Part shown: positions 15,501 through 28,764 of the stretch, piece by piece
How the letters are laid out: every line of letters begins with the position of its first letter
Position numbering within the stretch: position 1 is the stretch's first letter
Assembly (NCBI GenBank): GCA_043228905.1
Contig: JBHGNT010000006.1
Span: 868,001 to 932,000 of the forward strand
Length of the DNA stretch: 64,000 nucleotides
Direction: 5' to 3'
Source of the DNA: Azolla caroliniana
Taxonomy: Eukaryota; Plantae; Polypodiophyta
Notes under the pieces: model-generated
What the model saw: the letters and a program-made list of their open reading frames with translations, nothing else
Databases searched by the model: none
Told to the model about the DNA's origin: nothing
Position numbers and translations under genes: made by a program

Positions 15501-18500
15501 ATCAAATGGGGTGGCAGAAAGGTATAATAGGACCTTGTGTGAGCGAGTACGATGCATGCTGTCCACAACTAATCTCCCTCATGAATTTTGGGGAGAAGCA
15601 TTAAAAACCGCGGTTCATATATGTAATCGTTCTCCCAACAAGTCCTTAAAAAATGGAATCCCTGAGGAGGTTTGGTCTGGCAAACCAGCCTCATATGACC
15701 ATTTACGAATTTTCGGTTGTGATGCGTTTGTACACATTAGAAGTGAGCTGAGAAATAAGCTCGATGCTAAGTCCACCATGGGCATTTTATGGGCTATGGT
15801 GATGAAGGTGAAATGGGCTATAGGATTTGGTTACCTCAGTCCAGAAAAATTGTACGCAGCCAGGATGTTTTTAATGAAGAAAAATTGCTGAAAAATGCTT
15901 GTTCCTCTGTTGGGAACTCTAAGAGCGTTACATTTCAGCAATTACAGCCATCCACAAAATCTGAAAATAAACCTCATGATGCTATACCAAAGGTTGAATA
16001 TGATGGTCAACCGGTTATCTTTGAGCCAGAAGAAGGTGGACAGCAAAGAGATGCTCATGAAGGTATTGGTCAACGAGATGAAGGTACTGAAGAACAAAAT
16101 ATAGATGTCGAACAACATGCTGGACATGGTTCACAACAGCCAGAAAGTGCTGAAAATGATTTTCCTCCAGATTTAGAACCAATCCCAGAAAATACTGATC
16201 ATTGGGTACGTAGGTCTAATTGTTCAAGGAGGCAGGTATATAGATATGACCCCTCTTTGCATTATGTCATGCTGTCAGATGAGGGTGAACCTCTTACTTA
16301 TAAGGAGGCAATGTCATGTGAACTTAGCAGTAAGTGGGAGCTTGCAATGCAAGAAGAAATAAAATCTTTATATGCAAATGATACATGGGATCTTGTGTCC
16401 TTACCTCAAGGAAGGAAAGCTCTTCCAAATAAGTGGGTTTATAAGGTAAAGGAAATTGAAGGGAAACCAAAATACAAGGCAAGATTAGTTGCCAAGGGTT
16501 ATGCACAGAAGGAAGGTATTGACTTCCAAGAGGTCTTCTCTCCTGTTGTGAAGATGACCACACTTCGTGTGCTATTTGCTCTCACTGCAATGCTTAATTT
16601 GGAGTTGTACCAAATGGATGTAAAGACCGCTTTTTTGCATGGTGATATTGATGAAGAGATCTACATGAAACAACCTGAGGGTTTTGTGGTCTCTAACAAG
16701 GAGCATTTGGTATGCAAACTAAAACGTAGCTTGTATGGCCTAAAACAAGCACCACGACAGTGGTATAAGAAGTTTGATACTTTTATGCTTTCTCAAGGCT
16801 TTGATCGTAGCTATGCAGATCATTGTTTATACACGAAAAAGGATATCGATGACAGTCCTATCATACTTGTTCTATATGTGGATGATATGTTGCTAGCTGA
16901 GAAAAGAAAGACTAGTCTTGATGCTCTAAAAGATCAACTGAAATTGGTCTTCTCTATGAAAGATTTGGGAAATGCAGAGCATATTTTGGGCATGAGAATC
17001 AGTAGAAACAGAAAAGACAAATTGTTGTTTTTGTCACAAGAAAAGTACATTGAAAAAGTGCTTAACAGATTTAATATGGCAGAAGCAAAGTCCCTTGGAG
17101 TTCCTTTGCCATCATATCTTAAACTCAGCAAGGCTGATTGTCCAAAGGATGAGATGGAAATCAATGCTATGAAGGGAATTCCTTATGCATCAGCATGTGG
17201 TTCTCTAATGTATGCTATGGTAGCTACTCGTCCAGATATTGCTTATGCAGTGGGAGTTGTTAGTCGCTATATGTCTAATCCCGGGAAAGCACATTGGGAG
17301 GCTGTCAAGTGTGTTTTCAGGTATCTTAAAGGTACACAGAGAAAATGTTTATGCTATGGGAAGGGTGCATTAAATTTGCAGGGATATTGTGATGCAGACA
17401 TGGCAGGTGACTTGGATACACGTAAGTCTACTAGCGGGTATATATTTACAGTTGCTGGTGGAGCAGTGTCTTGGTGCTCCAAATTGCAAAAGATTGTAGC
17501 GCTGAGTACTACTGAAGCTGAATATATTTCAGCTACAGAAGCTTCAAAGGAAGCTATATGGCTCAGCAGATTTGTTGAAGATCTTGGCATGTCTGTTAGT
17601 ACTCCTGTGTTAGGATGTGATAGCCAGAGTGCTGTGTATCTGGCTAAGAATGCCATGTTTCATTCGCGCACCAAACACATTGATGTGCGACATCACTTTA
17701 TCAGACAAGTTTTGGAGGATGGTCTAGTCACATTGACCAAGATCAAAACACAGGATAATCCTGCAGATATTCTCACTAAAAGTCTTGGCAAAGCTCAACA
17801 TGAGCATTGCATACAGTTAGTGGGAGTTACTTGAATGTTCACATTGGACCTTTAAGTGGGAGGTTGTTAGGTGTAAAGGCCCGTAGTTCACAAATTAGGT
17901 AATTATTCGTATATGTGAACACATTGTTCACCTGGACAGGACACCTTTTTTTGTAATGTGAACACACCACTTTCTTTGTAAGGTTAACTAATATAATAAC
18001 CTCTTTTTTTTTCTTGTGTACCAATCAAGGCGGTTGGGTACACCAAAGATCTGCGTGTCTCTACTCTCATCTCTACTACAGTCCTGTTTGCTGAACGTCA
18101 TCTCTCAATAGCTGATCCGTCAAACATCCCTCTTTACCTTTATGGAGTAAAACAAGGATGCCCCTTATCACCCACTCTATGTGGTCTCAGTACATATGAG
18201 GTACCACATTACAAAGAGAGTTTCGCAGATTTAGGAGGATGCCTAGTGGGTATAGCCATACAGATATTACTTTATGCTGATGATATTGTGCTGATCTCTG
18301 ACTATCCGGAGGGACTACAAAGACATCTAAACACCTTAAAAGTATTCGTATAGACAAAGTGATGGTGTTAACGCCACTCAAGCATGGTAACAAGATCAGA
18401 ACCAAAATTCTTCTTGGGCAAGGAAAAGGTGGCATACACACACTCCTACACATGCCAAGGAGTAACGTTCACACTGCCTAGGTTCCCCTTATGGAGGCTG

Positions 18501-21500
18501 CTTGTGCCCGACTTTCTCATGGATATGCAGCCCTTGATGCTCTTGAAAGACAATATGCACATTTGGAGTTCCAAGAGCCAGAAACTAAACTGTGGCTATA
18601 TGATACACTTATGACACCAACTCTTCTTTGTGGAGAAGAAACATGGGAACCGAGTTCTAACAAAGAAAAAACAGGAAAGTTTTAGAGAGACTTTAATATT
18701 TGCCAACTGGTGTTCTCATCATATATATGTCTTTTGTACATTATATCCTCCCCATTCCTTGTACCCATACTTTGTATAACATTGTACTTTTATCATAGCA
18801 TAGTTAAATAGAGCAGCTAGGTATTTTCGATACTATGTAAGTTTGCCTTATTTTGCCAAACATTCTATAAGATTCAAAAGAATGGAGGTAATTTTGGCCT
18901 TTTGAAGATATTAATAACACATTTCGTTTCACTTCTCCTTGTTACTGTATCACTTTATCTTTTTATTGGATCACTCGAACACTAGCGTAAGTAATTATGG
19001 TTTGTCATATAAGACGGCTGTCCATGATAGGCTAATAGCAGAAATGCAGCCCTAGGAAACTTTTACAAATGTATACTCAGATCCAATTCTAGGAAATGTA
19101 TGAAGTTTTGATGGTTGTTTAATTACCTGGTTGCACATGTTCTTCTACATCCTCAATAGTCGTGTAATTGAAGGGTATTAAATTACATATTTCACGTAAT
19201 ATTTTAATCATACAATATCAGGTTGGCAGGTTTTTAAAATATAATGCATCCATTTGAACTATTTTTCAATTGATGCTAGGTGGAAATTTACCTGATCAAG
19301 ATTTCGTATGGATGTAATAAGCGCCTGAACAACAAAATTGGCTGATTGATGAAGTGCATACTCAAGTATATGATGAGTTGAAATTTCTTGAAATATTTCC
19401 ATGTAAAGAGCATCTGGCGCTACTTCTAACATCACCTACCAGAATCATTCACAACAAAATTCAAAACTAGTATATAAGAACTGCAGCTCCTCAAAAAGTA
19501 CATTCTATATTTCGTAGTTGTCAAAGATCAACACAATCTATCAACAACTTTTACCCAAGAAAATGAAATGGACAACAGATATCATGGACTTGCCTCAACG
19601 AGGTGGCTACCGCAATTGTCAAATATAAGCTCCTTAAGATTTGCCGAAGGAAAACCATGCAAAGTGCTTCCGTTTCCATAACTTTGCTTCGAACTGCAAC
19701 CTAGAAGAATTTTAATTGCATTTGCAACCCTGAAAGCATCACCTGCCATGATCTTTAAAAGAGACTGCCAAAAATTCCATGAAAACTTTTGTTCAGATGG
19801 AGCATAATCTATTCAAAAACATAGCAAAATGAATGAAAATTGCATTGAAATAATGCATTCATTGCACAAGATAATAGATCTAGTATTTTTGCTCAAGCAT
19901 ACTCACTTGCAGCACAGGACTGGCAAAAGGATCTTTGCATAACTGGAGTGTATTCCTCTTTGCTGCTTCAAGAAGTTTTTCTGCTAGAAGCTGAAATAGG
20001 TCCGGAAAAATAATTTCCCCCTGTTTTTGAATGCTTTCTAACTTTTGCATATGGGATAATCTGTCAGGACGATTACTTAAACGTCCCCCATATTTTTTAT
20101 TTGACTCCTCTAACTTTATTCCAGTCAAAAGAGATAAAAGGCTACGTGTCACATGTGAACCATAGCAACTGCACATCATATCTCTTGCTCTCTCACCTAC
20201 ATACTGAAAATGAGCTGAATATTTAAGACTCAACTGGTTCAGAGAAACAATAGGCTTAAGAATAAATGTCGAGAGCTAAAGATTTAACAAAGAAATTATA
20301 AATGTGTTGAATTACCCGACAGATTAATTGAAGACCTTCGTTGAGTGTCTTAAACCATGCAGCTTCTCCATCAGAATCATGAAGTAGTATTGCAGCAGCC
20401 TTCAAAAGTGTTTCCGCTACATGGGAACCTGAAGCATCCATAGATATGATAGGAAATTTTGGGCTTGCCCTATGGAGAAATGATACAACCTGATTTGTGT
20501 CACTAGCATGAATAAGCATCTCCAGCACCCTGCTACAAGACTTTTCACAGGATAATTCTACTTCTTTTCCATGTGTTTCTTCCAAAGCATTTGCAATTAA
20601 GGTAGCCTTCTCCTCAGTATCATCGATGGAGCTTTGTGTTCCTAAGAGGGAGGAAATCTCCAAAAAGTATTGCATGGTATTCGCATCTACTGTCAGCCTA
20701 TAATAACCCACTACAAAACTATCAGGGTTCATGCAATGCAAAGATAATCCATAAAGTTAAACAATGGAAGGGCTCCAGAATACCATTTAATTGATGAACA
20801 TTTCTTTTGTTGATTATCAGGTTTCAGTAAGAGAATTCAGAATCTTTTATACAATCTATTCTCCAACAGATTCTTACCACATGGAAAAAGTTCATCAAGT
20901 GATGTTCGTACTAAATTACTTTTTCAGGACTCCTGTAAGTTTTTATATTTTACTGATGAAACAAATAAACAGCTACAAAGTACTTTCTGTTGATATTTCA
21001 TTTGTGTTTGCGCATTCCAACATAGACCTATTTTAATAGTTCCATTTTTGGAGTAACCACTGAGATTAAAAGCATAACCAAGAAAGGCCTTCACAAAGGA
21101 CTCTTGGGTCTCAACTATATGTGCATATGGTGTACTGATAATATTGCTTTCAAGTGACGAGGCTAGATATTATTGAGTTACAAGACATGAAGAAGGATGT
21201 GATAGGGATTTAAATGTGAACATGATGATGAGGAAACTTCTACGATTATGGGTGTCAAGGCAAAGACATGTCATGCTTTGGAACAATGGAAGACATGTCA
21301 TGAATCACAACAATTTCAAATGGGATACTATTGATTGTCAATTATGGACTCTTACCTAACTATGGTTAGGATATATGGCATCAATGTGGGGCACATAAAA
21401 TGGGACGGTGTATTCTGTCTGTCATACTTTATAGGTAAATGACCTGTGGTGAAGATATATGGTGTGTAAGTTGGTTGCCTATTAGAAACATTGTAACCTA

Positions 21501-22484
21501 AGTTTCTTTTTGAGAATATTGTGGAGTTGTTTACAGATCAAGAACCAGAATTCAAAACCAGGGTGATTTGCACATAAAATAGAGGATATTGAGCATATAC
21601 CATCGTTAACAAAATGGTCTACTGGGAAGCTTTCAATCAAACATTTTAAAATTTTGTTACTTACAGTTACCAACATGCAGAACACAATTACCACAAAACA
21701 GCTCCAATAAATTTAGCTTCAATAAAAGATAGATACATAAAACCTGTTGTAAACAGAAGATGAAGACTCTAGAAGACAGAAAATACATCAATGTCTAGAT
21801 TCTACAGAAATAAATCAATGTCTAGATTGTACAGTAAACACACTGATTGATATCACTGCGAAACTCCTGCAATGCCCCTAAGTTTCTGTTATTCCCCTAA
21901 ATTTCCCTGTTCAATCCTCACGGAGGAAAAAGGATACAGATTACCACATAAATGCCTAACTTCCACATATAATTGGCACAAAGAGATCAAGTGATAATAA
22001 TTAGTCAAATAGCACATTTTATTTGTTTAGAAGGGATTGACTAAGGGCACTGATGGAAATAAAGAAAATATCAGAGATATGTTAGACATTTTCCCAAGAT
22101 ATAATCAATGAAAAATATGAGAAACAAGAGTTATCATCATATGATCTGAGACTCTCTTAGTGTTGGGAAGGGTAAAATCTAGGGAGGAGATAAAACTTCC
22201 ATTGCAAAGCCAAAAATGCTCTCTTCAGCATAAATTGAACCTCTTTGTGCTCAAGAAAATTTTGAAAAAGCAAAGGGTAAATGACATTGATTAATTCATA
22301 AAACAGATATGGCTTACCTTTCAGTATCGATGCTTTTTTCTTTAGGATTCTTTGCATGTCCTTGTTCATAGTTGGATATTCTCCTTTGGCCATTTTCTTC
22401 ATTGGCAAAGTCATTTCTCTTCTTGCCTTTGCGTTTACGTTGATGATTTCTTTGATATGCTTCAACCACCTCCACATTGGCCAT
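6506..22484 (-). CDS. APUM23: Nucleolar Pumilio-repeat protein NOP9/APUM23; coding exons 22484-22318, 20697-20316, 20203-19907, 19764-19594, 19435-19292, 10005-9886, 9803-9618, 8453-8305, 8226-8044, 6716-6506
   Basis: Splice junctions are phase-consistent. Peptides YFLEISSL, NALEETHGKE, MDASGSHVAE, CYGSHVTRSLL, VMLEVAPDALY, ANFVVQAL, GGCHVIESFL, SSFTVEKCF and PEQWR match plant Pumilio 23/NOP9. Basic N- and C-termini. Confidence 0.9.
7352..7619. repeat. Tandem duplication, ~135-bp unit x2, in the last NOP9 intron
   Basis: CAAACTGYATGCTCCAG...GAGAGACCTAACTAAAT occurs at ~7352 and ~7489. Confidence 0.85.
10870..11320. repeat. AACCG/CGGTT-rich palindromic repeat (MITE-like remnant) with a direct-inverted-direct triplication
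   Basis: Repeated AAACCGGTTAAGGCTTAA units. Segment 11081-11168 recurs inverted (~11178-11233) and direct (11233-11320). Confidence 0.7.
11760..12080 (+). pseudogene. Degenerate Copia integrase C-terminal fragment
   Basis: Decayed FWxxA..TA....NxxP, HLxxFGS and AYRLWDP-like codons. Confidence 0.55.
13229..18142 (+). mobile_element. Full-length Ty1/Copia LTR retrotransposon; 278-bp LTRs at 13229-13506 and 17865-18142
   Basis: Near-identical LTRs with TG..TA ends, TSD TGGAG on both sides, tRNA-iMet PBS TGGTATCAGAGCC at 13509, and PPT AAGTGGGAGG. gag-PR-IN-RT-RH order with a few frameshifts. Confidence 0.97.
13684..17834 (+). pseudogene. Copia gag-pol polyprotein, frameshifted (ORF pieces 13675-14313, 14627-15034, 14923-15891, 15789-17834)
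   Basis: UBN2-type gag, protease WIVDSGAS, integrase LWHKRLGH/VHSD/RTDNGGEF, RT MDVKTAFLHG/YVDDM, and RNase H CDAD/STTEAEY/ADILTK. Confidence 0.93.
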
Positions 22485-25400
22485 TGCAATAGAATATTTC
22501 TTGAATAAACCTACCAAGTCAGCAAGTTAGGCGAGGGTGGAGAAACATGACAACAAGACATTAAAAAATATATTTTTAGGGTAATCACAGAATCTTCTCT
22601 CCCTTTTTCAAATCTGAGAGCAGATGTATAACAAAATTATGATTTTCAAACAACAGAGCCAAAAGGATATCATCATAAGAAATAATAAAACCTCCCCACA
22701 GCTCATTCTCTTCCCATGATCTTTAACATTTGCATTACTACTCCCATCTCCAAATTTCAGTACTAAATTTCTTTTATAACTCTTTCTTTAAAATTACATT
22801 ACTTCTACTTATATGACATTATCATAGCCAAATTTCAGTGCTAGAATCTCCCAATAACTCTTTCTCATATAAATTTATTCTTCGTATAATCATTTTCAAT
22901 TGTAAATTGTTACATGTGTCTAATCATTTTCAATTGTAAATTGTTACATGTGTACGTATGTGAACACATACATGAGTACATATGTAAGCACATACATGCA
23001 TACATGTGTGAGTACGTGTATGTGTGCTCCGGCATATGTACGTATGTATGAGCATGTGTGTTTACAATACAACAGCCTGAGTGGATGTATATTTTTATGA
23101 TATGACAGCCACTGACTAAAATATCACAATAGCTCTGACCTTATATGGCATTATCATTACCAATTTTCGCTTCAATGTCAATGTCCACAACTCTTTTCAC
23201 TAAAACCTATCCATAACAGAATAGTGGAAGGCATTCTAAGCTTTTCTTTCTCAACGTTTTCAGTCGCGGGAATGGCAGTGTGTAGGGATACAAGCAAGGA
23301 CAACGCAGAAGACAACCTGTCCAAGCCCGAAGCTATGGAGACGAGAAGCTTGAGCACAATTTCTATATATATCCAACTACGACGAGTATGCGTATATAAA
23401 CGTTCACACTAAAACAGTCTTCTTAAGATTAGAATGGATGTGCGTAGTAGGGTATAAACAGGGACAAAGCGGAGGAGAAACAGACGAACCTGTGCAAGCC
23501 CGAAGCTATGGAGACGAGAAGCTTGAGTAAATTTTCTGCGTGTAAGAACCACCTTCCTCTGTGTAAATCCTACTCGGCAGTGGAAGTGTGTGAATGAGTG
23601 AATTGTGTGTGTGTGTGTGTGTGTGTCTTTTTACTTACACCTGTGGCTGTGAGACATAGCTATTAGAATCCACGCGGTAATATCGACTTGAAGGTGGAGT
23701 GTCCTTGGGACACGGGGTCTCGATAATACTTGAAGGTGGAGTGTCCTTGGGACAGGAGACCCGGTGAAGCCAAGTCATCGTGTTAAAGAGGAGAGGAGAC
23801 ACGGATTCCTTTGGATACTACAAAGGTGAGCAATCCATAAAACAATATCATGCTCTTTATTATTGGTAGCAGAACCAATGGGTTGGATGAGCACTTCCAC
23901 AACAACCAAAGGTCCAAGAATGAGCACTCTTAAGATCAATAACATAATTAGGGCTAAGGAGATATAGACTTCTAGGATCTAAAATTGAAGAGTTGTGCAA
24001 ACCCTTCATATAAAACCAAGGTATGTGGATTAGGTCGAGGCACAAAGGTCATTAAGGAAATAAAAGCAGTTAAGAATGGTGGATCAAAGAAAAAAATCAT
24101 GGTGTACTTCAAACAATAGCCCAATGTGGTTTCATAAGGGCACAAGTAACAAACACTATAAACAAAAATGTATCAAAACAAAACAATCAAAATGGATTAC
24201 TAACTCTATGATTAGAAGGCTTTTTAATGGGGTTTGAATACAAGTATAAATCAATGCAAAACAAATGCAATGAAAGCTACGATCATGGGAATGATAGAAA
24301 GGAAGCATATGCCAAAATCAAGGTACCATAACGAGGTTGGCTGACTAAGGGAACATAGTTGTACAAGACCTTAAGAAAAAAACCTAGCTAGACCACCTAG
24401 CGGAAAAGATGTTGCAACATTAACCATTGTAGAGGTTTGATTAAAGTATCAATGGTTATAGGAATTGCAGAGGGCACAATGCAAGTTTTGCCAAAGTCAA
24501 GGCACCGCAATGAAGCTCACCAACTAAGGAGACATAACTAGTTAGACCACCTGATTAAAAAGACGTTGCGACATTAACCATTGTGTCCTAAGATTATGCC
24601 CAAGGGGAACATGGACCCCCCATAACACACCTCCCCATATGCAACAAGACTATCATGGTCGACACCAATTTCCATAATTAGTTCATTAGGATAACAACAA
24701 TACTAAATACTCAAGTAACCATACCAAGTATAAAAACTACCCTCAACTTAAAAAACAAGTGCATTCAATAAGTGGCAATTCTTTCAATTTGCGATCAAAA
24801 TTTAAATGATATAATAATGCAATGGATAGGCAAGCAAAAATGTGTGAATAGTCCTTGGCTTTGGTTGTTTGTGATCATCATCTTCAATGTGTGCCATAGA
24901 GTAATGTAAACAAACACTACATTTAAATGTCAAATCAAACTCACTATGGATGTACAAGCAAGGTGGTTTCATCTACAACACAGAGGCAATCCTCTAAAAT
25001 TTTCTTGAATGTATCCTCACATACATAGATGTGGACTAGCCTTCACTTTACAGATTCATATCCATTGTAATACATATGGATCGATAATATTTTGTTGGCT
25101 TATATACCCTCTTTCTTGCTCTTGATTTCACTTCCTTCAATTTCAGTCTTACCCTTTTCTTGTTTCTTAAACCAGTTCAAATCTTACCACAAACACCGAG
25201 TATATACAATAGAAAGTATTTGCAATATCATTAAAAAATCCTGACATTACCACTCATGGCTAGCCAGAATTTTAACCATCAATATCTGAATACTGTTTCT
25301 TTTGCCTTTCCCCAATCATCAAAGACATGTTCCAGCATTGAAGTGGGAACATTTCAAAAATGAAATCTTATCACAGTAAAACGACATTCAATATTTTTTT

Positions 25401-25613
25401 ACTTTGAGAAACACAAAATAAGTAGATAGCAAGGAAGCTGAAGTTATACACATCATCTAGCATTCATAAAGAAAAAAAGTCTCGGGCAAAAGAAAATTGA
25501 ACAAGAACTTAAATCTCTGATAAAATAACTTCTTGATTGGGTCTTAATCGGGTCTATAGATAAACAAGAAAGAAATTAAATCTTTGTTTAGTTATTCAAT
25601 TGGAGGTGACGAT

Positions 25614-27885
25614 TCATGATCTTGTTCTGATGATATCATTGATCAAATCTTGTTGAATACTCTGCCCTGTTGCAGAGGTTGCAGTTAAGGTATCCAATGG
25701 CTCCCGTAGAGTGAAAACCATTTCTTTAGTTTTCCCAAAGTAAACCTAGAATCAACAAAATAACTATTATAAAAAGAACACATAAATCCATTTGATTTAT
25801 AAAGCTCAATATCAAAATAAAGCTGTAGGGATAAATTTTGACTAATCGAATGTATATATATCTGAACACGAAAGAAAAAAGAAACCCAACAAAAGAGCTG
25901 TGAGTGAATAAAACTGTCTTACCTGATCCAGCCCATTTCTCAACTTGCTTTCCATGTCCTCAATCATCCTTCCCATATTGCTCAAGTGTCCCTCAGAGAG
26001 AGAAAAGTCAGTTTCCATCTGGAAGCATTTGCCACATAATTACACGTGAGACATTAGAGTATCCATAGGAAGATTGAAGTAGGGACCCTCTCCTCTATCT
26101 TGAAGTAAAATCTCTTATTATTTTCTACAAATTCTACAACAAAACAGAAAATAACAGATCATTCCTAATAAGTATTACATTGTCTCAAACTTTCCTAGAA
26201 TTTTTTTTTGGAGGTTTAATTGGAATCTGCAACCTTTAAAACTCAACAGGAATATGCACTGAAATTACCTGACGAGTGATAGATCCAGAAAGGTTAAAGG
26301 ATCCTTGAAATCTCGTGCTGGATGCCATTGATAACATCACAGTGCTAGTCAAGCGATAATGTGCAGTGGCTTCATCATCAGCTTTCTCCACCTATGTGGA
26401 CGTTGACAAATCATCATGGCGACCGTCACCACCACCACCACCATCATCATCATTAGCAATATGCCATCTGATATGGTATGTTCCTTGAACATCCAAAGTG
26501 TAAGTTTACCTCTATAACATGAATCGCATCCCACAAGCCATGTTCCAACAAGCCACGTCGACCGTCTCCACTTTGAGAACCATCTTCACACAATAAAAAC
26601 ATTAATACATTTTTTTAAATCAAGGCATATTTTTCTGTTAAAATGTTCAGACTTGACTATCATAGCAAGATGCATAATCTTCATCCTAATCATGCAAAAA
26701 GTGCTTCATACTGTGGTGATAGTAAATACTAGAATATGGAAATGTTAAATATCGGGATAAAAAAAGCACACTTACCTTTCTTTATCAGAAAACAAGCAGC
26801 AAAGCCTTCAGGAGAATCAGTTTCCCACAGATACACAGATGAAATGCCACCTTCATAATATCTATACAACAAAATAAATATGTGTGAAAATTTATATGGT
26901 GAATTCTACATTAACGATGTTGGTGAATACATGTACATATGTTAAGAAAGAAAATTTGGAAAAGGAAAGGAAAGAACCTCACTGGTCACGGTATAATGCA
27001 AATATTTCATTTGCTTCGACTTCCAGAGCTCGCAATGCAGGGGATGGTAATACACCATCTTCTAGAGGTGGAAAGTAGGCATTCGACCAGGGTGACCTGG
27101 ACATTACACCATTAGCAAAAGACCCACCAAATCATGAGAGAAAGGCATCAGTAAATCATATTCCTAAATTTTAATGTGCCCTTTCAGAGGATGTCTGAGC
27201 TTGAGAACAAGTGCAATGTCATTGAGAACCCATACACCCAAAATCAATGCATGCACATAGACAGTATATCTACCTTGAAAATAGAACAAAGCTATACTCT
27301 TGACTGAGCCGAGCTAAATCCATTGTTTATCTTCATTATTTCAAATGTATCAACGATAGAATTGTTTTGATCATAGAATTGCCTTTAGTGTCGGCCTAAG
27401 TACTCTTTGTTACTTTCTAGATCAGGTAGAAGTTAGAAAGATAGGTTTCTAAATGTCATGAAGCATGGAAATTCATTTCAAGAATTGGATGTGATTTATA
27501 TACAAGCAAGAATTAGCATATAAAATTACCACTGGGACAAAATACATCAGTTATTTAAGAAACAAAGAACATCTTACTCTAAGATCATATGCTTGAGCTT
27601 TTTCTTTCTTCACAATTTAAAGAAAAACTGTTTTTTTGGTAAGTTCCATAAGGTTGGTACTAGGTTTTTTTCTTTTTATAGCAAGAAGTTTAGAAGCAAT
27701 TAAACCACAATAACAAAAAGCGTTTGTTGAAGGGTCTTTTATTTCTCATCATAGGAAAATCAGACATAATCTAAACAGAAACTAAAACAGAAAAGCTTTG
27801 TAGCTTACCTATGGGAGTCACCATCACGGTTGTAATCACACAAAAGAAATTGTTTGCCACTGCCACTGTCCCAGAGAACCTACAA

Positions 27886-27932
<47 letters not shown>

Positions 27933-28764
27933 ATGTGTGTGACCAGATAATCAGAAAGAACTTTCCAATCTGTGAATGCATCCATGAACAAATCGCCAAC
28001 TCTGATAAGATGCAGAGTCTGTGTGCATATATCAACAGATAGCTAGCAATCTCTCCCACTCTCTCCCTTTGTATATTTGTGTGTATAAGTATGTGTATGT
28101 GTGTATCAACATATTAACAGAAAGATCTCTCTAATCAATGTACGAATCTACGAGCAAACACAAAGATACATATTTCTTTATATATGCAGATCAACAGACA
28201 GACCTCTCTCTCTAATTGATGTGCGTATAAATAAGCACACATATACACATATATGCCTTTATATAAATGCATATATCAACAGAAGACGTCTCTCTGTGGT
28301 CAATGCATGCATATATGGTCATTTACACGTATGTTGTATATGGTCGTTCATATATGCATACATATTTCTTTATATATAACAGATCAACAGAAAGATGCCA
28401 CTCTATGATCAATGTATGCATACATGAACAAATATATACACATATATAAACTAAAGATGTGCATACACGTATACACATGCATATATCAGCAGATCAACTG
28501 AAAGTAATCTCACTCTGGATCTATATATGCCTATACAAGAAAACCGCACAGCTGATATATCTAGACAAATCAACGGCTAACTAGGAAGTAAAATCATCTC
28601 TATCACTCTCACACAGAACACAGAAACAGAATTACCTCGAGGGGTTGATCGGCACGGGAGAGGAGATCGGAAGAATGGTGGGGAAGGAGAAGGAGTAAGG
28701 ATGAAAGAGCTGTCCCTGACAAGGATGGAGGCATCCTGCGCAGCAGACCCATGGCAGCTTCCAT
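25614..28764 (-). CDS. CPB: F-actin capping protein subunit beta; exons 28764-28636, 27879-27809, 27096-26983, 26861-26776, 26583-26510, 26391-26269, 26018-25923, 25745-25614
   Basis: Spliced translation [13 protein letters not shown]...[96 protein letters not shown]. All introns are GT-AG and in phase. Confidence 0.95.
28020..28590. repeat. Degenerate ~90-bp minisatellite in CPB intron 1
   Basis: Recurring (C/T)AACAGA(T/A)...TCTCT...ATCAATGTAYG units with (AT)/(AC) tracts. Confidence 0.55.

Larger units (their letters stand above)
12385..18700 (+). mobile_element. Degenerate LINE (RTE-X/L2-like) RT fragment, split by a Copia insertion (LINE parts ~12385-13228 and 18148-18700)
   Basis: NYRKIMIG, QAGFRKGFTTLDHI, FVDF and LYADD-like motifs. 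The GVKQGCPLSPTL motif is restored when the Copia and one TSD copy are removed. A ~140-bp triple tandem repeat lies at the 5' end. Confidence 0.8.

Noticed and set aside
23800-25300. ~180-bp imperfect duplication (24309-24585) and possible decayed TE between NOP9 and CPB
   Set aside because: No termini, TSD or recognisable protein motif found.
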